DNA of 64,000 nt from Candidatus Omnitrophota bacterium (lineage in GTDB: Bacteria > Omnitrophota > Gorgyraeia > Gygaellales > Profunditerraquicolaceae): assembly GCA_043800555.1 (NCBI GenBank), contig JAZDMX010000017.1:4068-68067 (forward strand), written 5' to 3'. Positions within the stretch are counted from its first letter, which is position 1, and each line of letters starts with the position of its first letter. The notes beneath the pieces are model-generated. The model worked only from the letters and a program-made list of their open reading frames with translations, made no database searches and was not told where the DNA came from. A program made the position numbers and the translations under genes. Below, piece by piece: positions 7,509-15,533 of this stretch.

Positions 7509-9027
7509 AGCCCCAATACTCCTTCAACTTCTTTACCTTATCGTCATATATTTCCGTTTCTATGGATTTTTTTTGCGCTGCCTCTTTGGCCAGGCGTGAT
7601 TCTGCCCGGGCCTGCGCGCGGGCTTGTTCCTGGGCTTGCTGCGCCTTTTCTGCCCTATAAGCCTTAATCATTTCTCTCTCTAACTTAGCCCTTCGACGCG
7701 CTTCTTCCAGCAACGCCTGGTTGACAAGGCTCTTCTTATCCTCTTCCAGCGCTCCCTGCAAACGCTCTTTAAGGTCCTCGTCTTCCTGCAGCCGAAGCGC
7801 CTGGGAACTCTCTTCTTTTGTCAAATTCCTGATTTTGGCAAGTTCGGCCTCGGCCTTGCCGCGCGCTACTTTCCTTATGCGCGCGTTAACAGAGTTCCTC
7901 AATTCCACGGCCTTATCCGCGAATTCCGAATCCGGGTACTTTAATAATATCTTCGCGCACATCTCTTTGGCTAAATTCTGTTCGCCTAAATCGCTATATA
8001 AGGCTGCCGCCTGATAAGCGGACTCCGGCGCCTTTGGGCCGTCGGGAAACTGGGTAACGATACACTCATATATGCTTAAAGCCTGGTTCTTGCGCTGCCA
8101 ATCGTCTTTGTAAAAAGATTCTACGCCGGTGTTTTCCTGGAGGTTTTTAGCTTTTTCAAACAGCTTCGCCTGCACATTGAGGTCCGCCGTGCTCATAATG
8201 TTCACATAGGCTTCCTCTTCATAACGCGTCTTGTTTTCAGCGAGCATCTCCGCGCGCGAAAGCAGGATTTTGGGGGTAATGAAAACCGCCAGCTCCGTCT
8301 GGCTCTTATCGCTGCTTCTGCTGCTAAACAAATATTCTATACCCGGGATATAACCTAATATGGGGATGCGCGACCGCGTGCTGCTATCTTCTTGTTTGAT
8401 AAGCCCGCAGATTACAATAGTCTCGCCCTCTTTGACCCTTACAGTTGTGTCTGCTTCGCGCGTAGTAATGCGCGGCCCGGCGTCCAAAAGAGCGCTTACC
8501 GAAGAAACCTCCGGATGTATCGCCAGGGTAATATAACCATCGGCGTTAATAGACGGAGTTACCCGCAAAGTCGTCCCTACATCAATATATTTGGTGGTTT
8601 CAGTTGTGCCGGTAGTAGTCTGGGTCTTCTCCTTATACGGGACCTTCTCTCCGATAATAATGCGGGCCTCCCGGTTATTTAAAACCGCAATGGACGGAGA
8701 CGCCAATAAATGCGCTTTCTGGTCCTGGATTAAGGCGTCTATGGTAGCGGTAGCGGTCAAGCCGTTTAATACCAGGCTATCCAGCTTAAACTGCCCGCCG
8801 GAAAGGCTTGAGGATGTCCCGGCGAGAGTTTGAGTCATCTTAACAACTTTAGAAGAAGCCGATGGGCTCCAATCCGCGGTCCAGGTAACTCCCAGGTTCT
8901 TTAAATCTTTGGAGGTCATATCCACAATCTTGGCTTCAATAAGCACCTGCCGCGGCGGCTGGTCAACATCCTTAAGCAGCGCTTTTAATTTCTCGATACT
9001 GGCAGGATAATCGGTTACCACAAGCAT
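7495..9027 (-). CDS. pilQ: Secretin (GspD/PilQ family) C-terminal part. It contains the secretin domain plus an unusual ~260-aa TPR (YbgF-like) and charged coiled-coil C-terminal extension.
   Basis: PRQVLIEAKIVDM, ASPSIAVLNNREARIIIGEKVPY, SRIPILGYIPGIEYLF and TELAVFITPKIL. The frame stays open 27 codons upstream of the ATG, to a stop at 9103-9105. Confidence 0.75.
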   Translation of the reverse strand: MLVVTDYPASIEKLKALLKDVDQPPRQVLIEAKIVDMTSKDLKNLGVTWTADWSPSASSKVVKMTQTLAGTSSSLSGGQFKLDSLVLNGLTATATIDALIQDQKAHLLASPSIAVLNNREARIIIGEKVPYKEKTQTTTGTTETTKYIDVGTTLRVTPSINADGYITLAIHPEVSSVSALLDAGPRITTREADTTVRVKEGETIVICGLIKQEDSSTRSRIPILGYIPGIEYLFSSRSSDKSQTELAVFITPKILLSRAEMLAENKTRYEEEAYVNIMSTADLNVQAKLFEKAKNLQENTGVESFYKDDWQRKNQALSIYECIVTQFPDGPKAPESAYQAAALYSDLGEQNLAKEMCAKILLKYPDSEFADKAVELRNSVNARIRKVARGKAEAELAKIRNLTKEESSQALRLQEDEDLKERLQGALEEDKKSLVNQALLEEARRRAKLEREMIKAYRAEKAQQAQEQARAQARAESRLAKEAAQKKSIETEIYDDKVKKLKEYWGYDNL

Positions 9028-9047
9028 ATTGGCTACTTCATCAACTT

Positions 9048-9521
9048 TTATATCTCCCTTATTCGAGAGGACTTGCGCACAAGGTTCTGGGCGTCGGCAG
9101 CCTTAATGTATTTCAAGATTATAGGAACGGTGATGACTTGCGCGCCGTCAACTGAACCGGGCGAAATATAAAGCATATTGCCTTTACGGGAATAATTATA
9201 ACCATTGCCGGACAATATCGCCTCCAACGCCTCGCCTATCGATACGTCTTTTAAGGAAACGGTGATTTTTCCTTTAACATCGGAGGAAGTAACTAAGTTT
9301 AATCCGTAGGTATAACTTAGAGAACGCAGGACATCGGCGATATCGACATCTTTGTAATCCACGGAAATCATTTCTTTAAGAGGGTCGGATAGCGCTGCCT
9401 CTTTAGTCCCGGCTTCCGGGCTTATGCCCGCACCGGCAGCAGGCAACGGCGATCCTTGCGCCAAAGGCGCAATAGCCATGAATAGAAAGGACGCGCAAAT
9501 AAACGCTATTTTGTTTTTCAT
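9048..9521 (-). CDS. pilQ: Secretin N-terminal fragment: signal peptide plus N0/N1 domains. It is separated from the secretin body by a frameshift.
   Basis: MKNKIAFICASFLFMAIAPLAQG signal peptide. ISVDYKDVDIADVLRSLSYTYGLNLV is a secretin/TonB-N-terminus short (STN) domain. The fragment ends AQNLVRKSSRIREI*. Confidence 0.65.
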   Translation of the reverse strand: MKNKIAFICASFLFMAIAPLAQGSPLPAAGAGISPEAGTKEAALSDPLKEMISVDYKDVDIADVLRSLSYTYGLNLVTSSDVKGKITVSLKDVSIGEALEAILSGNGYNYSRKGNMLYISPGSVDGAQVITVPIILKYIKAADAQNLVRKSSRIREI

Positions 9522-9559
9522 CTCTTTTTATGCCTAAGCTTCTTATATCGTAATGCCAT

Positions 9560-10456
9560 TTATCTTTCGAGTTTCAATACTTCCTTTTCTGCCCCGCTAT
9601 TAATAACTACGGAATTAGGCAAAATTCTTTCTATCTTTGCCCAGTCAACCTGATCGCCTGCCTTAACTATCAGCCCGTTAATTATCGCAGTTGAGCTAGC
9701 CCCGCTCTCCCGATAGGCTATACCGGTGACCTTTAGTTTCTTTCTTTTGGTTTTATCCACAACAAATTTAGGCGTAAAAGGGCTGCGCTTAAGGACTCCG
9801 TCATCTGCTCCGGGCTCTTTGGCAGACAAAGATAACTGGCCGCGGTTATTTGAAGCGTAACTTAAAAGAGCGCTTAATCTTAAAGAAACGTTAATCGTCG
9901 AAAGCAAATCATTCTTGGACTGGCCCAGCCTCATTTCATCCATCCTGACAAACGGCGAAATAGACTCTATCCTCTTTATATAGGTAACCGCTTTGCCATA
10001 ATCAGAAGAGAACTCCAAATCTATATAAAGCCTGCCAAACCCTTCTTTATCTTCTTTGACATCTTCTTTAACGGATTCCAGGTCCACGCCCAGGCTTTGA
10101 GCGTTCTTTATAACCTCGGCCAATAGATACTGTTCCTGGGAAGCGCCGATTAGCTTTGATTCAATATCGGAAATATGCAACTTTAACTCTTTAATCTCCC
10201 GCCTTATTGCTTCTATCTCCTGGCTGGCTGTAGCCGAAGAAGGAAGCTGGGAATCAAGAAGCCCAAGCTGATTTTGATTCTCCTGCAGTTTTTTTCTCAT
10301 CTTGCTGATATCGTTTAAGGCCGGCTTTAAAAACAAGGCGAAATAAAATGAAGCGGCCAGCACAAAAACAAAAATGAGGAAAAGCCGCTGTTCACCCTTC
10401 TTCAATTTGCCATACCAATTGTTATAGATCACCGCTAGCTGCTTGATAAGCATCAT
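9560..10456 (-). CDS. PilO-like coiled-coil protein fused to a C-terminal PilP-like domain.
   Basis: N-terminal TM segment, a coiled coil, and a C-terminal LKVTGIAYRESGASSTAIINGLIVKAGDQVDWAKIERILPNSVVIN that is PilP-like. Confidence 0.55.
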   Translation of the reverse strand: MMLIKQLAVIYNNWYGKLKKGEQRLFLIFVFVLAASFYFALFLKPALNDISKMRKKLQENQNQLGLLDSQLPSSATASQEIEAIRREIKELKLHISDIESKLIGASQEQYLLAEVIKNAQSLGVDLESVKEDVKEDKEGFGRLYIDLEFSSDYGKAVTYIKRIESISPFVRMDEMRLGQSKNDLLSTINVSLRLSALLSYASNNRGQLSLSAKEPGADDGVLKRSPFTPKFVVDKTKRKKLKVTGIAYRESGASSTAIINGLIVKAGDQVDWAKIERILPNSVVINSGAEKEVLKLER

Positions 10457-11097
10457 TCTTTGGCCTTTTTCGCTGCGCCCAAAGGCGACTTTTTTTGATT
10501 CCAGCCGGGTTCGGTAACAATCTGAAAATTATAAATAACGTGTGAATCTATAACCTGCTTTTCCGTAGAAACAAACCGGGTATTCCTAAAATCCTTGCAG
10601 CCGTCAAGCTTATTCATGAAATCGGCGATCAATTGGCTGTTAATCGTTGACCCGGATACCTGGATTTCATTATCATTCATTATAAGGCGGTTTATCCATA
10701 AATCCTGCGGCAGGAGCCCCGCGATAGAGGCAAGCAGCCCGCAATAGCCCCCGCTTCTTGCCACGGTAGAAGACAACAAGTCCAGGCGTTGTTTAAATAG
10801 CGCCTCTTCTTTGATTAAGCCGGATTTTAACTTCTCGGCTTGAAAATCCCGGGTTTGCAATTTCTTAAATTTAGTTTTTGTATCTTCTATCGCCTGTTTT
10901 GTTAAGCCGATGTTAAGCCTATAGCTATTTACCATAAACGCGGGGCCGGCAATTAATAAAAAAATTGGCAAAAACCCAAAAACGATAAGCCTGCTTAACC
11001 GCCTCTTTTTCCCGCCAAGGGCTTTAAACATTTTAGATAACGGCCTATTAAGGGCGTTTTTGGAAATAAGGTTAACCGGCTTTAATTTCAAAATCAA
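10453..11097 (-). CDS. pilN: PilN-like pilus assembly protein.
   Basis: Single TM segment RLIVFGFLPIFLLIAGPAF followed by a coiled coil. Positioned between pilM and the pilO-like gene. Confidence 0.6.
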   Translation of the reverse strand: MILKLKPVNLISKNALNRPLSKMFKALGGKKRRLSRLIVFGFLPIFLLIAGPAFMVNSYRLNIGLTKQAIEDTKTKFKKLQTRDFQAEKLKSGLIKEEALFKQRLDLLSSTVARSGGYCGLLASIAGLLPQDLWINRLIMNDNEIQVSGSTINSQLIADFMNKLDGCKDFRNTRFVSTEKQVIDSHVIYNFQIVTEPGWNQKKSPLGAAKKAKE

Positions 11098-12160
11098 TAC
11101 CTCCGTTTATAAATTTTGTTGCCAGCCCTAAAGCCCCGGTAAAGGCTATAGAATTCTGCTGGACAACCGGGTTCAACCCGTTCTCGGAGTGAGAAACAAA
11201 AAAAGCCAAAGGATCAAAGACATTAACCGGGATTTCCAATTTGTCAGCCAGGAATTTATCCAGGTTTTTCAATGCCGCCGCCCCGCCGCACAAAATAAGG
11301 CGCTCGATTTCCGGCGCTTTAGATTTTACAAATTTATGGGAGAAATCTTTAATCGCGTGCTCAATATCAATAAGCATATTTTCCATCTGGCTGGAAAGCG
11401 CCGGGCACTCACCCAGGCCTTCCTCTATCTTTAAGGCTTCTGCCTTTTCCCAATCAAACTGATAGTATCCGGCCAAGATTCCGGTAAAACCGTTACCCGA
11501 GGCACCTAACGGCGTTATAAGATAGGGATGGCCCCCGGATACAATAATTATCGAGGAATTGCTTGCTCCTATTCGCAGCACCAAAACAGTTTCCTTTTCT
11601 GATATATTTTTAGATAAAGACAGGGCTTCAATAACTGCGTAAGGCTGGGGCTCAATAGAAACTAAATCTAAGGATAAGCCCTTAAAGAACTTGGCCATAT
11701 CCAAAACTGTTTTCTTGCTAGTTACAAATACTAAAACATAAATATCCTTATTCCCGGCCTCCTGGGGGCTGGCGCAAACATAATCAAACGATATATCATC
11801 AAATTTTACTCCCGGAGGAAGGTTCTGTTTGATTTTCCAGGTAAGGGCGGGTTCAACTTCGCCTGCGGGCATATCCGGCAAGGTATAGCTATAGGTGTTA
11901 ATCCCGCTCAACGGGATCGAAACCGCTACTTCCCCTTTGACCCGATTCTCTTTTACAAGTTTCTCCAAAGAATCTTCCGGGATAATGGAGACAGGGACGC
12001 CTTTATCGCGCCCAAGGCTGGCATAGTCAGCTTTTAGGATTTTATAACTGGATTTGAATTTGGCTAATTGCAATAGCTTAAGCGAACTTGAACCTATTTC
12101 TATTGCAGTAGGGAAATACTCCGGCTTTAATCGCAACACTCTAACCTCCTTTACGGGCAA
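11072..12160 (-). CDS. pilM: Type IV pilus assembly ATPase-fold protein PilM (actin-like).
   Basis: VLRIGASNSSIIIVSGGHPYLITPLGASG and ERLILCGGAAALKNLDKFLADKLEIPVNVFDPLAFF. Confidence 0.8.
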   Translation of the reverse strand: MPVKEVRVLRLKPEYFPTAIEIGSSSLKLLQLAKFKSSYKILKADYASLGRDKGVPVSIIPEDSLEKLVKENRVKGEVAVSIPLSGINTYSYTLPDMPAGEVEPALTWKIKQNLPPGVKFDDISFDYVCASPQEAGNKDIYVLVFVTSKKTVLDMAKFFKGLSLDLVSIEPQPYAVIEALSLSKNISEKETVLVLRIGASNSSIIIVSGGHPYLITPLGASGNGFTGILAGYYQFDWEKAEALKIEEGLGECPALSSQMENMLIDIEHAIKDFSHKFVKSKAPEIERLILCGGAAALKNLDKFLADKLEIPVNVFDPLAFFVSHSENGLNPVVQQNSIAFTGALGLATKFINGGIDFEIKAG

Positions 12161-12187
12161 TTTTTCAATGGCCCTGTAAAATTCAAA

Positions 12188-12406
12188 TTATAAGTGCTGC
12201 GCAATAAGCTTGAGAGAATAACCCTCCTGGCGAAGTTTTCTTATCTTGGAAAAACTTTTGAGAATACCTGATCTGCTATACAACCTCATATTGCCTTTTC
12301 TTCCCTCGGCCCGGAACAGCCCTATGTTAGTGTAATAATTGACTGTGGCCATAGAGATCCCCAACAGGGAAGCGATCTCCTTTGGTGACAAATACTTTCC
12401 ACTCAT
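12188..12406 (-). CDS. Small MerR/excisionase-like helix-turn-helix DNA-binding protein.
   Basis: LSPKEIASLLGISMATVNYYTNIGLF is an HTH. A strong Shine-Dalgarno sequence AAGGAGG precedes the ATG. Confidence 0.5.
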   Translation of the reverse strand: MSGKYLSPKEIASLLGISMATVNYYTNIGLFRAEGRKGNMRLYSRSGILKSFSKIRKLRQEGYSLKLIAQHL

Positions 12407-12487
12407 AACAGCCTCCTTTTTTATGTTATCTTAATACCTGCTTTTCCTAGTATTTATATTGCTTTAACTAACATATATTAACTTTAA

Positions 12488-12522
12488 CTATATATAATAC
12501 AAATACAGGCATTTGTCAAGAG
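12488..12522 (-). promoter_or_regulatory. Sigma70-like promoter for the merR-like gene and the pilMNOPQ operon (minus strand).
   Basis: On the minus strand: TTGACA, 16-17 nt, then TATATA/TATTAT, about 90 nt upstream of the 12406 start. The region also carries direct repeats TTAACTA(A/T)ATATA. Confidence 0.35.
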
Positions 12523-12530
12523 AAATTGGG

Positions 12531-12620
12531 CCCGGAAAAAGGGGGACGTTTCTACTTTTCCGGCGCCAGATCCGGGAAAAGTAGAAACGTCCCCCTTTTT
12601 CCAGGCCCCTTTTTTAACCC
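12531..12620. repeat. REP-like palindromic element, copy 7, immediately 3' of the RAYT gene.
   Basis: GGGGGACGTTTCTACTTTTC cggcgccagatccgg GAAAAGTAGAAACGTCCCCC. Confidence 0.9.
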
Positions 12621-13282
12621 CTCGGCCTTCCTATTTTTTTGTTAAAGTTATTTATTTGATAGAACTCTGATAACCCGCGGACAAACGCCTCGCTGCCGAT
12701 GAAAAACTGTTTAGAAATAACCTCTGAATTCACTATGCTGCTATCTACTACAAATTCTATATATAGTTTCGCTCTAGCCTGGAGAGAGCCGGAAAGGCTG
12801 CAATACGCCGGGCTATCGGAAATTACGGCATTTGGCAAACCAAGCGCATAATAACAGTAGCTGCTGAAGCGATACCTTTCAGGCGCTTTAACCAGCCCGG
12901 ACCTTACCGGATTAAGCTCAATATACTTCCCGCATTGCAAAAGATACGAATCGGTATCAATAATATTGCTTTTATACCTGCCCTGCCAGATATGCCCGCT
13001 GTAACCATAAGTCCTTTTGTAATAATTAAAATATAAGAGATTGAGTTGTTTCATAAACTTGGGCAAGTTACTTGTAGCATCCAGCCAAACAATCAAATGG
13101 CTATGGTTACTCATGATACAATAGTGGAATATACTGATATTATTCTCTTTTCTAAGGTTTTTTAGCAGTTCCCAATAGGCATGCTTGTCTTCATCGCACC
13201 TAAAGATACACTGCTGGTTATTTCCTCTAGTCATAATATGCAAAGCCCCATTCCGGGGGATAAGCCTTCTTGTCCTGGGCAT
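12614..13282 (-). CDS. REP-associated tyrosine transposase (RAYT; IS200/IS605 TnpA-like Y1 HuH transposase).
   Basis: HuH motif CIMSNHSHLIV and catalytic-Tyr motif YIELNPVRSGLV, the RAYT signature Y..NPV.AGLV. AGGAGG Shine-Dalgarno sequence upstream. REP copies flank it on both sides. Confidence 0.8.
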   Translation of the reverse strand: MPRTRRLIPRNGALHIMTRGNNQQCIFRCDEDKHAYWELLKNLRKENNISIFHYCIMSNHSHLIVWLDATSNLPKFMKQLNLLYFNYYKRTYGYSGHIWQGRYKSNIIDTDSYLLQCGKYIELNPVRSGLVKAPERYRFSSYCYYALGLPNAVISDSPAYCSLSGSLQARAKLYIEFVVDSSIVNSEVISKQFFIGSEAFVRGLSEFYQINNFNKKIGRPRG

Positions 13283-13357
13283 AATAATACCTCCTTTCGC
13301 GCTCTTATACTAATTGACGCAAAAGAAGGCAGAATCTAACTAAAAAAGAGGAAAAAA

Positions 13358-13465
13358 TTGGGGACGCGAAATTGGGGACGCGAAATTGGGGACGTTTCTA
13401 CTTTTCTGGCTTTAGGTTCTAGAAAAGTAGAAACGTCCCCAATTTCGCCCAATTCCGCGTCCTAG
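13358..13465. repeat. REP-like element, copy 8. Extended form with two GGGGACG-cgaaatt units, 5' of the RAYT gene.
   Basis: GGGGACGcgaaattGGGGACGcgaaattGGGGACGTTTCTACTTTTC tggctttaggttctag AAAAGTAGAAACGTCCCC aatttcgcccaattccgCGTCC. Confidence 0.9.
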
Positions 13466-13653
13466 TGGGTAACAACGTGAAGATAGGCAGCCGGCTTATC
13501 ATCGGGCTTGGAAGTTATACAATCATCAAGCCTGAAAGTCTCGGCCTCAACCATCTTTGGCTGCAGGTTAATAAAGGTATTTATAACTAACATAATTGCG
13601 ATCAAAAATAATAGAATGTCCCTGATTTCTAATTCTCTCTTAATCATCATCAA
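13462..13653 (-). CDS. Hypothetical small membrane protein with one TM segment. Speculative.
   Basis: The 63-aa ORF contains ILLFLIAIMLVINTFINL and lies between two REP copies. There is no homology evidence. Confidence 0.2.
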   Translation of the reverse strand: MMMIKRELEIRDILLFLIAIMLVINTFINLQPKMVEAETFRLDDCITSKPDDKPAAYLHVVTH

Positions 13654-13682
13654 CCTCCTATTAAAAGAAAAGCGAAGGAGGC

Positions 13683-13752
13683 AAAAAAAGGGGACGTTTC
13701 TACTTCTCTAACAATCAAGCCCGGGAAAAGTAGGAACGTCCCCTTTTTTTGC
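13683..13752. repeat. REP-like palindromic element, copy 9 (slightly degenerate), 3' of pilB.
   Basis: GGGGACGTTTCTACTTcTC taacaatcaagcccgg GAAAAGTAGgAACGTCCCC. Confidence 0.85.
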
Positions 13753-13764
13753 CTCCCCCTTTGC

Positions 13765-15435
13765 TTATCCTTCATGGGTAACCCGCAGGACCTCGGAAAC
13801 ACTGGTAATCCCTTTAAGCAGCTTATCGATACCGTCTTCATACATTGTCTTCATTCCTTTGCGGATGGCAGCATCCCTAATTTCTCCGGCGGAAGACTTT
13901 TTCTCAATCAATCTCTTAATGTCGTCATCCGGCACGAGCATTTCAAAAATCCCTATCCTCCCCGAGTATCCGGAATTCCGGCACTCCTGGCAACCCTTTT
14001 CCCGGTAGAACCTGATAGGGCCGGGCCCTGCCTTGACACTCAACTCATCCAACAACTCCTTGGCGGGAGAATAGGCTTCTTTGCAGCGCGGGCATAATAC
14101 CCTCAACAGGCGCTGCGCGACCACGCAGATTAACGCCGAAGAAACCAAAAACGGCTCGGTCTCCATATCGATTAACCTGGTGGCTGCCGAAGGCGCATCA
14201 TTAGTATGAAGAGTGGAAAAAACCAAATGCCCGGTTAAAGCCGCATGGATGGCAATCTCGGCAGTTTCGTGGTCACGCACCTCGCCAATCATAATTACGT
14301 CGGGGTCCTGCCGGACAAGAGAACGCAGGCCCACGGCAAAAGTAAGGCCGGCCTTGACATTTACCTGCGACTGGCGCACCCGGTCGATCTCATATTCAAT
14401 CGGATCTTCCATGGTAACTATGTTTTGCTCGGTGCTATTAATATCAAGCATAACGGCATAAAGAGTGGTGCTTTTGCCGGAGCCGGTCGGCCCGGTAACC
14501 AAAATAATCCCGTGCGGCTTACGGATTATCTCCTTGAATGCCTCCAATGCCCCATCCGGCATCCCTAAATCTTTCAGCCGGATAAGCGAGCGAGTCTTAT
14601 CCAAAATCCTGATAACCAGGTTTTCGCCATACATCGTAGGAAAGGTTGAAACGCGCAAATCAACGCTCCTTCCCGCCGCAACTGTCTGAATGCGCCCATC
14701 CTGCGGAAGCCGTTTCTCTGAAATATCCATATTAGACATTATCTTGATCCGGGAAATTATTGCCGCTTCGTATCTTTTGGCAAGTTTTGGCATGTCATGA
14801 AGGACCCCGTCCATCCTGAAACGGCAATAAAAATCTTCTTTTTCGGGCTCAAGGTGTATGTCGCTTGCCCCCAATTCAACCGCCTTGGCGATTAAATTAT
14901 CCACAATGCTTACCACCGGAGCAAGGCTGGCAATCTGCACGGAATCCATACCCGTCAAATTGACAACTTCCGCCTCTTTATCCTGCCCCGCCTTAAGCGC
15001 GGAAAAACTTTCTTTACGGTATTCCCTGTTAATATTATCGAAAACTTGCGACGGCCGGGCAAAAACCAGGCGCACCGGCTCCTTAATCGCTTTGCGGATT
15101 TCATCTGTAGATTTTTCATCCAAAGGGCTGGCCAAAGCCACTGTAACAGCGGTAGCGCTCTTAAAAATCGGCAATGCCGAATATTTCCTGATTATCTCTT
15201 CGGGCAACAGCCTAATGACCGCCGGCTCTAACTTGTATCTTGACAGGTCCACGCAGGCAAAACCCAGCTGTTCGCTTAACGCCAGAGTTACCTGCTCCTC
15301 GTTAGCGTAGCCTTTTTTGATCAGGATCTCGCTTAAGCTCCTGCCGGAACTCTCTTGCTCTGCCAAAGCTTCATCAAGCTGGCTGCTTGTGGTGATATTT
15401 TTGGTAACTAATAATTCGCCCATCCTTTTCGTCAT
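13765..15435 (-). CDS. pilB: Type IV pilus / type II secretion assembly ATPase of the GspE/PilB family.
   Basis: N-terminal GspE_N-like domain. Walker A motif GPTGSGKSTT, and a C-terminal tetracysteine CPRC...CQEC. Confidence 0.9.
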   Translation of the reverse strand: MTKRMGELLVTKNITTSSQLDEALAEQESSGRSLSEILIKKGYANEEQVTLALSEQLGFACVDLSRYKLEPAVIRLLPEEIIRKYSALPIFKSATAVTVALASPLDEKSTDEIRKAIKEPVRLVFARPSQVFDNINREYRKESFSALKAGQDKEAEVVNLTGMDSVQIASLAPVVSIVDNLIAKAVELGASDIHLEPEKEDFYCRFRMDGVLHDMPKLAKRYEAAIISRIKIMSNMDISEKRLPQDGRIQTVAAGRSVDLRVSTFPTMYGENLVIRILDKTRSLIRLKDLGMPDGALEAFKEIIRKPHGIILVTGPTGSGKSTTLYAVMLDINSTEQNIVTMEDPIEYEIDRVRQSQVNVKAGLTFAVGLRSLVRQDPDVIMIGEVRDHETAEIAIHAALTGHLVFSTLHTNDAPSAATRLIDMETEPFLVSSALICVVAQRLLRVLCPRCKEAYSPAKELLDELSVKAGPGPIRFYREKGCQECRNSGYSGRIGIFEMLVPDDDIKRLIEKKSSAGEIRDAAIRKGMKTMYEDGIDKLLKGITSVSEVLRVTHEG

Positions 15436-15454
15436 TATATTTTTACCCCCCAGA

Positions 15455-15530
15455 AAAACGGGGAAATCGGGGACGTTTCTACTTTTCGGGGCCCGAAAGC
15501 CGGAAAAAGTAGAAACGTCCCCGATTTCTC
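15455..15530. repeat. REP-like palindromic element, copy 10.
   Basis: GGGGACGTTTCTACTTTT cggggcccgaaagccgg AAAAAGTAGAAACGTCCCC. Confidence 0.9.
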
Positions 15531-15533
15531 TCT

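Noticed and set aside
13508-13711. Plus-strand 67-aa ORF between the RAYT and pilB.
   Set aside because: It overlaps REP copy 9 and the minus-strand small ORF. It is low complexity (ISNSLLIIINLLL).
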